Below the pieces are notes generated by a model. The model saw nothing but the letters and a program-made list of their open reading frames with translations, did no database searches and had not been told where the DNA came from. A program made the position numbers and the translations under genes. Below, piece by piece: positions 49,934-59,813 of a DNA stretch of 64,000 nucleotides; positions within the stretch are counted from its first letter, which is position 1, and each line of letters opens with the position of its first letter. The stretch is from Candidatus Sphingobacterium stercorigallinarum (GTDB lineage Bacteria > Bacteroidota > Bacteroidia > Sphingobacteriales > Sphingobacteriaceae): assembly GCA_019115805.1 (NCBI GenBank), contig DXCW01000163.1:900-64899 (forward strand), written 5' to 3'.

Positions 49934-50089
49934 ACCAAACCAATTATTAACCTAAATTATGAAATTATTTACTCTACTTATTGTTTCTTTTACACTACCT
50001 AAACGCAGCGATTGTCTCTTTCGTATCTTTAGGCTAAAACGTTAACACTTTTTAACAATTTAGGATTCGCGCCGTGCCAATCCAGAAAA

Positions 50090-51589
50090 TTAGGGATTCT
50101 GATCCGCTTCGCTAATTGTCGGGTTGGCATCGATTTCTTTTTTAGGGATACGCATCAACCACCTCACATCGTCCGGTTCAATAGTAACCAAATGCGAATG
50201 ATTTCCGGTACGCGTAAATGTTTTTTGTAGACGTTTGTAGTCGAAATACACTCCGCCGTTTTCGCCATACAGTTCCCGCCTCCTCTCCTTGATGACTTCA
50301 TCTATCAAGGCAGCGCGTGATAGCGATCCAGACAGTTTCTCTGCTTCGGGATCACGAAGTTTTTGCAGTTGATGGATCTTATCGATACCCGCCTGTACCT
50401 CTCCTTTTTGAATATAGGCTTCTGCCTCAATGAGTAGAAGTTGCGCGGAGCGGATCAACACAATATCTCCTTCCATCAAGCCCGGTGTTCTGGAACGGAA
50501 TTTATTCGTATAGTTTTGATACCTTGGGTATTCCGGGCCATATCCAGGATTGACCAGTAAATCGCGCCTAATGTCCCTCTCGGAATATAAGTCGAACAAT
50601 TCGGAGGTGGCGTATAAGTTTTTATAATACCCGTTCTCTTGATCTAAAAAGGAGTAGATCGAGTAATAGGTGAGTGATTGATCGCTGGGAACAGGGAGAC
50701 CCCATATCCACTCTTGATTGTCAATGGAATTGAAGCCAGCAAGATATTCCGCATTGCTCATCAACGGATAGCCTTGCGTGGCATCCTGTGCATTTTTTAT
50801 CACCGTGTCCCATAGCGAGGCATCTTGCATAGCCAATTCCTGATAGATCATTGCGGCAAAGGCCGAGACGACGTGCTTGTTGACGACGTATTTGCCTTCA
50901 CGATGCTCGGAAATATGCGCCAAGGCGAAATCGATGTCTGCTGTGATGAGTTGATAGACGTCTTTCAAGCTGGATCGTGGATTACCGTAGGTTTCTTTAT
51001 CGGCCGATTGCGTGTAAATCGGAACCGCTGGCGCTTCTGGGTTAATGGCATAGGATTTTTGATACACGCGCGCAAGCCAGAAATAACTGTAAGCGCGCAG
51101 TACCCGGGCTTCCGCAATAAAAGCGTTCTTTTCTTCATCTGAAGCATCGGGCAATTCCTGCACTTGCTGAATGATGGCATTAGCGTTGTTGATGACGGCA
51201 TAAAACATGTCCCATATTTGCGGCGAACGGCTTCCGTTGGCATCCCGGTTATAATGACCTTCAATCCAGGTGGATTCGTTTCCCCACCAGTAAGCCCCAT
51301 CGTAAATATCCAAGATATTGTTTCCTTTCATGACAAAATGAAACATGGTGGTTTGTAAGCCTCGGTTTGTTAAAGCGGAACCGCCTCCGCCATATCCGTT
51401 TAGATCCTCGCTGCGTAAAATCCAGTAAATTCCGGTTAATGCGCTTCGAGCTCCCGCTTTATTTGAAAAAATAAGATGATCCGTCAGTTCACCATTTTGT
51501 GGTGTGGGATCGTCCAAAAAGCTTTTACTACATGAAAAGGTAAGTAGTGACAATCCGATCAGAAGTATTGATGTTATTTTCGTTTTCAT
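50090..51589 (-). CDS. susD: RagB/SusD-family nutrient-binding outer-membrane lipoprotein
   Basis: Lipoprotein signal (LLTFSCS). Typical SusD N-terminal (FLDDPTPQN) and TPR-like blocks (RVLRAYSYFWLARVY, RRRELYGENG). Confidence 0.9.
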   Translation of the reverse strand: MKTKITSILLIGLSLLTFSCSKSFLDDPTPQNGELTDHLIFSNKAGARSALTGIYWILRSEDLNGYGGGGSALTNRGLQTTMFHFVMKGNNILDIYDGAYWWGNESTWIEGHYNRDANGSRSPQIWDMFYAVINNANAIIQQVQELPDASDEEKNAFIAEARVLRAYSYFWLARVYQKSYAINPEAPAVPIYTQSADKETYGNPRSSLKDVYQLITADIDFALAHISEHREGKYVVNKHVVSAFAAMIYQELAMQDASLWDTVIKNAQDATQGYPLMSNAEYLAGFNSIDNQEWIWGLPVPSDQSLTYYSIYSFLDQENGYYKNLYATSELFDLYSERDIRRDLLVNPGYGPEYPRYQNYTNKFRSRTPGLMEGDIVLIRSAQLLLIEAEAYIQKGEVQAGIDKIHQLQKLRDPEAEKLSGSLSRAALIDEVIKERRRELYGENGGVYFDYKRLQKTFTRTGNHSHLVTIEPDDVRWLMRIPKKEIDANPTISEADQNP

Positions 51590-51600
51590 TGGTGTTAAGT

Positions 51601-52164
51601 TTAAATCCCTAGGTTGAGTCCAAAAGAAATGAACCGATTGGTCGTTGTGTTGTTGTTTATCGCTCTGGCATCGATTCCCGAGTCCGGATCAGCTCCAGTT
51701 GGTGCATTCGGGAAAAACGTAAATGGATTTTGAACATTGAAGTAAATCCGCGCGCTTCTCAGTTTGATGCGTTCGAGCTGAGTAGGGGCGAAAGTATATC
51801 CCAGGGTGATGTTGCGAACACGTAAAAAGGTATGGTCATATAGAAACCGTGTAGAGGTTTGCGAACCGTAATTGAGTTGAGTCCTCAGAATGGGCGTGTG
51901 GCCATCCCCGGCGTCCGCCGTACTTCTCCAGCTGTTGAGCAGGTCTACAGAGGCATTATTACCCGTTGCCCTAATTCCGCCCATAAGCGCTTGGTAATTG
52001 CCATCATAGAAGTCTCCGCCGATTCCAAAAGAGGCTAACACCGAAAAATCAAACCGCTTGTAACGGAGATCAGACCGCAGTCCACCGGTGTAGTCTTGTA
52101 AACCCTCATGAATTTTGTAAAATGCAGTATCTGGTCGCCCCTTTTTGTAGTGTCTGTCAAGAAA
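51601..52164 (-). pseudogene. susC: SusC/RagA TonB-dependent transporter, C-terminal fragment only (about 185 of about 1000 codons)
   Basis: The frame reads ...GRPDTAFYKIHEGLQDYTGGLRSDLRYKRFDFSVLASFGIGGDFYDGNY...RVRNITLGYTF...ARIYFNVQNPFTF...FGLNLGI, which is the final barrel strands of SusC. Going upstream, the frame is closed by an in-frame TGA at 52165-52167. No plug or N-terminal barrel is found anywhere nearby. Confidence 0.8.
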
Positions 52165-53021
52165 TCATCGTGGAAACCGTACACCAAAAGTCGAATCCCA
52201 TTCTTGCGCTTTACCCGAAAAATCAAAAACCTTTAGTTGCCGATAGTGTATCGCGCTTTGCGGCCACATTGATTAAACCGAGTCCAAATACCCTGTCGGT
52301 AAAATGGTTGTTAAATGGAGAGCAGATAGCCGAACAAGTGGATTCTATTTACATCCAGCCCGTACAGTTTGATGTAGGAGAAAATATCGTGAAGTTGGTC
52401 GTCGAGGATACGACCAATTTAGTGCGAAACCCAACACATAGCGATCATGTTTACGAACAGGAATGGATTGTTTCATCGACTGATAAAAAGGAGTTATCAG
52501 CACCGATCACTACTTGGGGCGATTCTCTGGAAACGTGTTTCAATGGGTATCAAGCCATTAGTATCAAAAATCCGGTAGCTGGTTTTACCTACCGTTGGTA
52601 TGATCAAGAAAAAGGGGGACAAGCGCTTGCAGAAACGACAAACTTTCAGACACCGCGTCTGCTGGAGAACAAGACCTATTATGTGGAAGCGATATATAGA
52701 GGGAATCGCTCACCGCGTACGGCAATCCATGTTCATCTTTTGGACGAAATCGCTATGCCGGTACTGAAAACAATAGAGAAGACCGAAGAAAATCGCTGGT
52801 ATGTCACCGTTGAGCAAGAAACGGAAGACTACTATTTCCGGTGGGTAGACGCCGATGGCGAACTATTGCCTGGAACGAAAGCCTCTTCCATGACGCCGGG
52901 TGATCGAAGTCATGAATTGTTGTTGGATGAAGCGGTGCAATTAGAACGTGTTTTTGTTCAAAAGGTACACAGAAACTCGACCTGTTACAGTGATGTATTA
53001 GAAATCCCGTTGCAGCGCTAG
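52122..53021 (+). CDS. ORF encoding Ig-like/beta-sandwich repeats without signal peptide; probably the 3' part of a 5'-truncated gene
   Basis: SVKWLLNGEQIA...VKLVVEDTT and CFNGYQAISIKNPVAGFTYRWYD...KTYYVEAIY...RTAIHV resemble Ig-like modules of secreted Bacteroidetes proteins. The ORF begins abruptly (MQYLVAPFCSVCQEII), overlapping the SusC remnant. Confidence 0.35.
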   Translation: MQYLVAPFCSVCQEIIVETVHQKSNPILALYPKNQKPLVADSVSRFAATLIKPSPNTLSVKWLLNGEQIAEQVDSIYIQPVQFDVGENIVKLVVEDTTNLVRNPTHSDHVYEQEWIVSSTDKKELSAPITTWGDSLETCFNGYQAISIKNPVAGFTYRWYDQEKGGQALAETTNFQTPRLLENKTYYVEAIYRGNRSPRTAIHVHLLDEIAMPVLKTIEKTEENRWYVTVEQETEDYYFRWVDADGELLPGTKASSMTPGDRSHELLLDEAVQLERVFVQKVHRNSTCYSDVLEIPLQR

Positions 53022-53167
53022 AAAGCGTGCTCCATCGGGCTGGGCTGAGGCACATTCGGGATTCATTCTACATCTAGCACTCGAACGAGGGCGACGCCTT
53101 CTCTAGTGCGTGTTTATCGAATCTTGGCATCGGTAGCCTAAAATCATGTGATAGCAAGTGGTGGCAA

Positions 53168-54436
53168 TCAGGTGATCGGCACTGTGGACGCTCTTTGCTC
53201 ACCCGTAGGTTGCTCCATTAGCATCTCCCCGGCTTGATCAATCCAGCTTCGATCGTTCGATAGGTGCTTATCAGGAATAACACCAATGCCTTCATAAGGG
53301 AGGAATTTTTTCCACTGATCTTTAAGATCCGTGAACGCGATTTTAAAAACGCCGGATGGCGAAACCAATTTTGGGGGATAATTTATCCCGTAGGTAAGCG
53401 TACCACGGGTTCTATCTCCCGCGATAAGAACGTGTTTAAGTCGTTTGGCCCTCAAGGTGAACTGCTCGGCAGCACTGACGGTAGCGTAATTCGTCAGAAT
53501 AATGGTGTTCAGTCTATATCTTTTCATTAATTGCAGCAGCAGGTTTGCATTTTTACGGTTTCCGCCATAATTATTTCTGAGATCGATGATGAGGTTTTTA
53601 GCCAAGCCTGTTTTTTGCAACTTATCATAAAATGCCTCTGCAGTTTTCAGTTGAGACAACTGAAATGAGCCCACCCTCAGGTAATCGATTTGCGGGCCTA
53701 TTTTCTGATGATCATACAAGGGGAGATGCGGTTCGGGATAATAGTGAACGGATCTACTGGGGGTTTTCAGCCACATCATCCCTAGAAAACTGCCTTCACG
53801 ATGATAATCGCTGGTTTGGCTAATTTGTTTACTTAACGTGCCAGAGATGATGCGAAAGTGGTTATCCCCCTTGGGAATGATATATGCGATTACCTCCCCC
53901 GGAGTCCATGTAGCTACGTCGGATTCTAATACAATGCCTACATATTGATCCTCCTGCTTATCGATGCCAATTTTGAGGCCGTGTTGCCCCCAGTAGATTC
54001 CTTCAACAGCATCGGCTGAACTATTCGATAATTTAAGGCGTAAACGATCAAGATCCACGGTTGAAAAGGGGAAGAAGCCCTTGGTCTGCGCTAAAACCGC
54101 TTCTGCATTTAATGAATCCTTTAAATCGTTAAAACTAAAGGCAGCGTTACTGGAAAAAACGGCATTATGAAAATCAAGAACCACATCTACTAAGCGGTGT
54201 AATGCTCGGCACGCATCCAAGGTGTAGTAGGAATCAGACGCATTTTCTTTGAGCTCCTGATATGTTGACTCGACTTGTTTATGCTTGTTTTTTTGCGTGC
54301 GATAGGAGACCGATTCCTTCAGGTGTTGATAGACGAATTCAAGATCCCCTAAGAAGTCCGCCTTCGACAAGCGTTGGCCAAACAGGTCTGAAGTACTCAG
54401 AAATAGGATAGTGACCGTGACGAGAAGCGTTTTCAT
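53168..54436 (-). CDS. S41-family (tail-specific protease-like) peptidase
   Basis: LIIDLRNNYGGN and TNYATVSAAEQF motifs. The signal peptide MKTLLVTVTILFLSTSDLFGQ makes 54436 the likely start. Confidence 0.75.
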   Translation of the reverse strand: MKTLLVTVTILFLSTSDLFGQRLSKADFLGDLEFVYQHLKESVSYRTQKNKHKQVESTYQELKENASDSYYTLDACRALHRLVDVVLDFHNAVFSSNAAFSFNDLKDSLNAEAVLAQTKGFFPFSTVDLDRLRLKLSNSSADAVEGIYWGQHGLKIGIDKQEDQYVGIVLESDVATWTPGEVIAYIIPKGDNHFRIISGTLSKQISQTSDYHREGSFLGMMWLKTPSRSVHYYPEPHLPLYDHQKIGPQIDYLRVGSFQLSQLKTAEAFYDKLQKTGLAKNLIIDLRNNYGGNRKNANLLLQLMKRYRLNTIILTNYATVSAAEQFTLRAKRLKHVLIAGDRTRGTLTYGINYPPKLVSPSGVFKIAFTDLKDQWKKFLPYEGIGVIPDKHLSNDRSWIDQAGEMLMEQPTGEQRASTVPIT

Positions 54437-54635
54437 TTTAGATTGATAATTCAAGGCGAATTGAAGATAAACCAAATTTTGCAAAAAATCGGAGAGGACG
54501 AAGAATTTTTCTTGCCAGATCGCGACGAGCGGGTGCTTAACGTCACACAATCCGTAGGGCCTAGCGTATCTGCGTAAGGAGATATCATCATGTTTCTCTT
54601 CAGCAAATAAAATTGCAAAACTATTTTTATAGTTT

Positions 54636-54657
54636 TATAACTAATTAATTAGTTATA
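54636..54657. promoter_or_regulatory. Perfect 22-bp palindrome tataactaattaattagttata in divergent intergenic region
   Basis: Checked base by base with the centre between 54646 and 54647. Lies between the S41 peptidase start (54436, minus) and the OM barrel gene start (54718, plus). Confidence 0.45.
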
Positions 54658-54717
54658 TATTCGTTTTTGATAAACTTATACCGCCTGCTCTTGGAGTTTA
54701 AGGAAAACCAGTAACGG

Positions 54718-57378
54718 ATGAAAAAAGCAATAATCACAATGTGGGTCGGCCTATTTGCCTCGGTTCAAGCCCAACAAATAACCGGACGAGTGGAGGGCGA
54801 AGGGGGTGTTGCGCTGGAAGGTGCAATAGTGAACGTCTTGCAAGGTAGCGACTCTGTATTTTATGCCTTTACCAGAACCGATGAAACCGGTAAGTTCTCT
54901 CTACTTTCTCCAGCAGATACGGGCCAGTATATCCTGGTGTTTATGTATCCAAAACATACGGATGTGGGGGTGTTTCTAGCGGTTGATGCGGGATTTACGG
55001 ACACCGATGTGGGGACAATCAAGTTGCCGTTAAATGCGGTGTTTATCGAAGAAGTTGTGGTCACTGCAAGAAGTTTGAAGAACATGAAGGGAGATACGCT
55101 GGAGTATGACCTGAGCGGTCTCAACTTAACACCGAATTCTCGCGTGGAGGATGTTATTGATCAATTACCCGGAATGCAAATCACCAAAGGGGGGCAAATT
55201 TTTTCACACGGGAAGAGGATTGAAAGGGTTCTTGTGGATGGAGAGCCTTTCTTCGGAAATGATCCTTCATTGGTAACGAAAAATATCCGTTCTGATATTG
55301 TTGACAAGATCCAGATTTATGATGATGTCAGTGAGGAAGAGAAAATTACTGGAATTAAGGACAACAACAAAAGGAAAACAATCGATATTAAACTTAAAGA
55401 GGATAAAAATAAAGGGATGTTTGGTATGGCTCAGGTAGGATACATGAATAGATATTATAACAATATGATCATGTTGAATAGGTTTAACGGCAAGGAGAAA
55501 ATCTTCGGGTATGGTGTCCTGAGCAATACCGGTGAACTAGGAATCGGGTACAAAAATATGAGTGATGGTGGAGGAGGGCTGGGTAATGAATTTGATGATT
55601 ATACAGGGAATTTCACAGGACAAGGAAAGCCGAAAGTCTACAGTAGCGGCCTGAGTTATTCGAACGACTGGGAAAAGCATAAGCTGAATACCCATGTCAG
55701 CGTCAAAGGTATGACCGTCGAAGGTGACAGGGAAGTGTATCAGGTTATTGATTCCGAAATCCGACCACTAGAAAACACAAGTACAACGGACTTTAAGAGG
55801 ACGACGCATGCGCAAAATCTTGACCTCAATTATGAGATGAATGGCAGTTCAAGGCTTATTGTTTCACTCCATGGCGGTCATGAGCGGGCTTTTGAAGTGT
55901 ATCAAAAGGACTCGCGAGTGGAATATATTGGAGAGAATGGTGCAATCAGTAGTTTACAGCAGAATAATGATTCCAAGGAGGATATTTTTCGAACGAAGTT
56001 GAATGTGAACTGGTCAACAGAATTAAACGAAGAAGGCAGAAGGATATCTATAGGCTTTCAACCCAGCCTAATGCGTGTCTCCGGTGATGGTTATATCAAA
56101 ATGAACAACGATGGCCTGGACCAGCCGATGACGACTGAACTGAAAGCGGAAGGCAATAGGCATGAAAATAACCTGGATTTTAGTCTTACCTATAGTGAAC
56201 CGATTTTCCACGGGGCACTTGTAAGCAGTTTTGAGAACATAAATTACCTCAGTGGCAATCGCTCTAACATAAGGAGTCAGCAAGAGCGCTATTTACGCAT
56301 GTTCGGAGGTGATTTTCGATACAATTATAGGATGAATAGGGTTAGATCCGTATATCGAAGAACGATTAAAGGCCTCACGGCCGAATTTGGAACCGCTTTA
56401 TCAATGGAAAGCTCCAATCTGGAAGATATCGGTGGGAGTGACACCATTCGTCATCGTTATGTTTTCCTGCAACCTGCTGTTTATCTAGAGTATAAATGGA
56501 GCCAGAATCATATCATAAAGGGAGAATATAGTAAAATCGATATCGCTCCGACCTCTTTTTTTGTTCAGCCTTTCGGAGACGCCAGTGATCTACTGAACGT
56601 CTATTCCGGTAATACAGCATTGAGACCACGATCGGTTAATAGGTTCTTCTTAAATTACTATAACTTCAAGCTCCAAAAGTTGAGGGCTATCAACGCCTCG
56701 TTTGAATACAATCTAAAACAAAATGATATCGCTTATGCTATCCGGATTGGAGAAGAATATAATACCATTCGTCCAGTCAATACTGATAAACAGACTTATG
56801 ACTATACCTTTAGTACATCATACGGGAAGGAGGTGACCGGTAAACGAGATTATTTATGGTTACAGCTTGATGGTCGGCAATCTGTCGGATATCATTACGT
56901 AGACGGCACGGAAAATAAGCTGAATAGCACTTTTGTCAAGTTTCAGCCAAGTCTAGCATTCAAGGAACGAGCAGGCTTTCGGTTCAATTTAATAGCAGGG
57001 CCAGTTTTCGAAAGCTTGGATTATTCTCAAAACGATAATCTGAATTTTAAGGGCGTCGGTTTCGAAGGAAGTGGTGGGCTCGATATGAGTTTCCTCTTAA
57101 ATTTTCGATTGGAACAACGTTTCCATTACGTATATAAGCCGAAAAATGCATTATTAGGTACATCGTTGAACCAGTTGCTTTGGGATGCATCGCTGATCAA
57201 AACCTTTGGAAAAGAAAATATATTCACGGCAGAACTGTCGGTAAACGATCTGTTGAACCAGAACTCGGGGCTTCAAAGGGTTTATGGCAATACCGGTTTT
57301 ACGGAGAGCCGGTATTCGACTATCCATAGGTATTTCTTACTGTCCTTTAAGTGGGATATAAACAGAATGGGGGATTAA
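54718..57378 (+). CDS. Outer-membrane beta-barrel / TonB-dependent-receptor-like protein with CarboxypepD_reg N-terminal domain
   Basis: Signal peptide. ITGRVEGEGGVALEGAIVNV...TDETGKFSL (carboxypeptidase-regulatory-like). Plug-like GDTLEYDLSGL...VEDVIDQLPGMQI. Aromatic C-terminal barrel end. Confidence 0.75.
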   Translation: MKKAIITMWVGLFASVQAQQITGRVEGEGGVALEGAIVNVLQGSDSVFYAFTRTDETGKFSLLSPADTGQYILVFMYPKHTDVGVFLAVDAGFTDTDVGTIKLPLNAVFIEEVVVTARSLKNMKGDTLEYDLSGLNLTPNSRVEDVIDQLPGMQITKGGQIFSHGKRIERVLVDGEPFFGNDPSLVTKNIRSDIVDKIQIYDDVSEEEKITGIKDNNKRKTIDIKLKEDKNKGMFGMAQVGYMNRYYNNMIMLNRFNGKEKIFGYGVLSNTGELGIGYKNMSDGGGGLGNEFDDYTGNFTGQGKPKVYSSGLSYSNDWEKHKLNTHVSVKGMTVEGDREVYQVIDSEIRPLENTSTTDFKRTTHAQNLDLNYEMNGSSRLIVSLHGGHERAFEVYQKDSRVEYIGENGAISSLQQNNDSKEDIFRTKLNVNWSTELNEEGRRISIGFQPSLMRVSGDGYIKMNNDGLDQPMTTELKAEGNRHENNLDFSLTYSEPIFHGALVSSFENINYLSGNRSNIRSQQERYLRMFGGDFRYNYRMNRVRSVYRRTIKGLTAEFGTALSMESSNLEDIGGSDTIRHRYVFLQPAVYLEYKWSQNHIIKGEYSKIDIAPTSFFVQPFGDASDLLNVYSGNTALRPRSVNRFFLNYYNFKLQKLRAINASFEYNLKQNDIAYAIRIGEEYNTIRPVNTDKQTYDYTFSTSYGKEVTGKRDYLWLQLDGRQSVGYHYVDGTENKLNSTFVKFQPSLAFKERAGFRFNLIAGPVFESLDYSQNDNLNFKGVGFEGSGGLDMSFLLNFRLEQRFHYVYKPKNALLGTSLNQLLWDASLIKTFGKENIFTAELSVNDLLNQNSGLQRVYGNTGFTESRYSTIHRYFLLSFKWDINRMGD

Positions 57379-58155
57379 ATGATACGACCTTATATAATTT
57401 CTTTTGTTTTATTCATGGTGCTATTCTTTGATTCGGAAGCGCAGTATCAGCATATAGCGCATCAAGGGAAAATCGAATATGAAGTGAAAATCAATAGGTT
57501 TGAGCGAGCGAGAAAGCTTTTGGATGCCCAAGCTAGTTCAACCAAATATCGTGATTATGTCTTATCACTCCAGAATAATCGTTTTCTAATGAGGAACTAT
57601 GAAATGGACTTTGATAGAAAACGCAGCTTATATGCGTTGACGGACGAAAATCAATCGCAGGATTTTATCGACCTATTGATCGGCATCCCAACGACGGCAG
57701 TTTTTCGGGATATGGAAACGGATTCGATTCTTGTCAAGAAACAGTTCGGTGAAGAGGAATTTCTAATTATCGATAAACCGGAGCGTATCAAATGGAAATA
57801 CACCGATGAACGCATGGAAATTCAGGGGTATGAATGCCGGCGGGCGAATGGATTGTATATGGATTCGATTTATGTTGTGGCCTTTTATTGTCCAGAGATT
57901 GATGTGGCAGGCGGACCTGCTGTTTTTTTTGGCCTTCCGGGAATGATTTTAGGACTGTCGGTACCAGAGGAGCATATACATATATTTGCTACGGAGGTTG
58001 ATCTCAATTTTACGGTCAAATCAAAAACATCAAGTTTGCCTATAGGTCCGAATCGGATGACGTTTTCGTCTTTCCAAGCGTACTTGAAGTCTTTACTTGG
58101 AGATCGATTCGCCGAAGATAAATGGGAGATCACCAAAAGAGGCATCGGTTTTTGA
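57379..58155 (+). CDS. GLPGLI-family protein
   Basis: GPAVFFGLPGMILGL motif. Immediately follows the barrel gene, the usual pairing. Confidence 0.8.
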   Translation: MIRPYIISFVLFMVLFFDSEAQYQHIAHQGKIEYEVKINRFERARKLLDAQASSTKYRDYVLSLQNNRFLMRNYEMDFDRKRSLYALTDENQSQDFIDLLIGIPTTAVFRDMETDSILVKKQFGEEEFLIIDKPERIKWKYTDERMEIQGYECRRANGLYMDSIYVVAFYCPEIDVAGGPAVFFGLPGMILGLSVPEEHIHIFATEVDLNFTVKSKTSSLPIGPNRMTFSSFQAYLKSLLGDRFAEDKWEITKRGIGF

Positions 58156-58262
58156 ACCAAATGTATGGACAATTAGATTAATAAAGCCCGGTCACTCGAC
58201 TGATCCAACCGGTAGCGGCATCCTATTGTCTATGAAGCACATTCCAGCAGATCAATAAAATT

Positions 58263-58652
58263 ATGTACCTTTGGGCAATGCCTAAGGGACTGAAAAATAG
58301 CATTTGTTTTAAACACATCGCTTTGGTGTGGTTGATCCTGTTTTCACTGAGTCCGTGTCCGGTTAAAGAAACGTGGTTCTTGTCGCTAGGAACCGATTAC
58401 GCTCAGCAAGGGAACAAAACAAAAACGACCAGTTCCACTACAAACTGCTTATATCTACAGTTTAAATCCCAGGGTGCCTCTTCTATATATAAAGCGCAAC
58501 CAAGTAGTGGACAGAACGAAGATTATTTTCTCCATACCCATCTTCTTTCTTCACAATCTGTAGCATGTAATCTGCCGGATTTAAATATCGCTTTAGGAAG
58601 CAGTCCACCAAAATATATTTTATATAAACGCTGGAAAATGGATATCGTATAA
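58263..58652 (+). CDS. Hypothetical small membrane/secreted protein
   Basis: 129-aa ORF with the hydrophobic N-terminal segment IALVWLILFSLSPC. Coding status uncertain. Confidence 0.3.
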   Translation: MYLWAMPKGLKNSICFKHIALVWLILFSLSPCPVKETWFLSLGTDYAQQGNKTKTTSSTTNCLYLQFKSQGASSIYKAQPSSGQNEDYFLHTHLLSSQSVACNLPDLNIALGSSPPKYILYKRWKMDIV

Positions 58653-58702
58653 CCGTACACTCGATCCGTTACTTTTTTACGTTTAATAAAATATAGAAAT
58701 CA

Positions 58703-59725
58703 ATGAAACAACATATCGATCGTGCAGTCGACAAGGCTGGACTTTATACCTTATCCCTACGTTGGGTTATCGGCTGGACTTATTTTTCAGCATTTTGGCG
58801 CCGTTTAATTTTAGACAATAAACTCATCCCCGAAGAGGCGGGTTACATCGGTGAAAAATTCAATCATTTTCTACCTAATGCGCTTGGCATCAAGCCGGTT
58901 ATCGAATATTTAGTTTCCAATCCGGAGGCTTTACAAATTGCCATGGTGGCGTTCACCATTGTGGAAGCGATTGTAGGCTTGTTTATGATCTTGGGACTGT
59001 TTACTCGAGCCATGAGTATCGGTGTATTTTTCCTAGCGATGGGCATCTTGTTGGGCTCAGGCTGGCTAGGGACCACTTGCTTAGATGAGTGGCAGATTGG
59101 TGTATTGGGGGTGGCGAGCGGCTTTGTTTTATTCTTAACGGGAAGCAATGCCTATTCTCTAGATGATTGGCTGATGAGAAAGAACTACAGTTTTACCCGA
59201 CAGAAGTGGTTTGCGTTTCTTGGATCAGGAACACTTCAAGTAAAAAACTTAGCGCCAAAAGTGCTCACAATGTCGCTGTTTATTTTCGGCTTGACCTTGT
59301 TTACCAATCAATATTTTCACGGTGGTGTGTTTGGCACGTTGCATAATAAATCAGTGAAACCGAAGGTCGAAATATCAAACATCCAATACAGTGACTCTCA
59401 GCTCATTTTTGAACTCTTTAGGGTGGAAGGGGCTGACGTATATGGATCCTTTTTGATTGGCATAGAGGTGTTAGATGACCGTGGTCAGGTGATTAAATCC
59501 ATCGATCAAGATGCTTTAGCCAATTTTCCTACGGAAAAAATCAATAACCATTATGTCGCCAAAATTAAACCCGGAGCACATTCTTTGATTATGCCCCTGG
59601 GGGCAAAAGCGGATCTGACTATTGATCTGGACGGCGTTAAGATAAAGGAAAACTATGCCTTGAAGTTAATCGATATCAGCGGAGCGGAATGGCGTGCTGA
59701 AATAGAAAATCCATCGTTTCGATAA
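58703..59725 (+). CDS. DoxD/DoxX-like membrane protein with soluble C-terminal domain
   Basis: N-terminal LSLRWVIGWTYFSAFWRRL and several TM helices typical of the DoxD-like family. C-terminal beta-rich extension. Confidence 0.5.
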   Translation: MKQHIDRAVDKAGLYTLSLRWVIGWTYFSAFWRRLILDNKLIPEEAGYIGEKFNHFLPNALGIKPVIEYLVSNPEALQIAMVAFTIVEAIVGLFMILGLFTRAMSIGVFFLAMGILLGSGWLGTTCLDEWQIGVLGVASGFVLFLTGSNAYSLDDWLMRKNYSFTRQKWFAFLGSGTLQVKNLAPKVLTMSLFIFGLTLFTNQYFHGGVFGTLHNKSVKPKVEISNIQYSDSQLIFELFRVEGADVYGSFLIGIEVLDDRGQVIKSIDQDALANFPTEKINNHYVAKIKPGAHSLIMPLGAKADLTIDLDGVKIKENYALKLIDISGAEWRAEIENPSFR

Positions 59726-59813
59726 ATCACATGCTCCAGCAAACGTGCTCTCAGGAAGACAGATGCTTTCTGGGAGCATTTTTATAAAAAATAAGAAAAT
59801 AGGGTGTTGAATT

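Noticed and set aside
52035-52226. 63-aa minus-strand ORF across the SusC remnant junction
   Set aside because: It is out of frame with the SusC-homologous frame and antisense to the 299-aa ORF. It is most likely an artefact of the junction.
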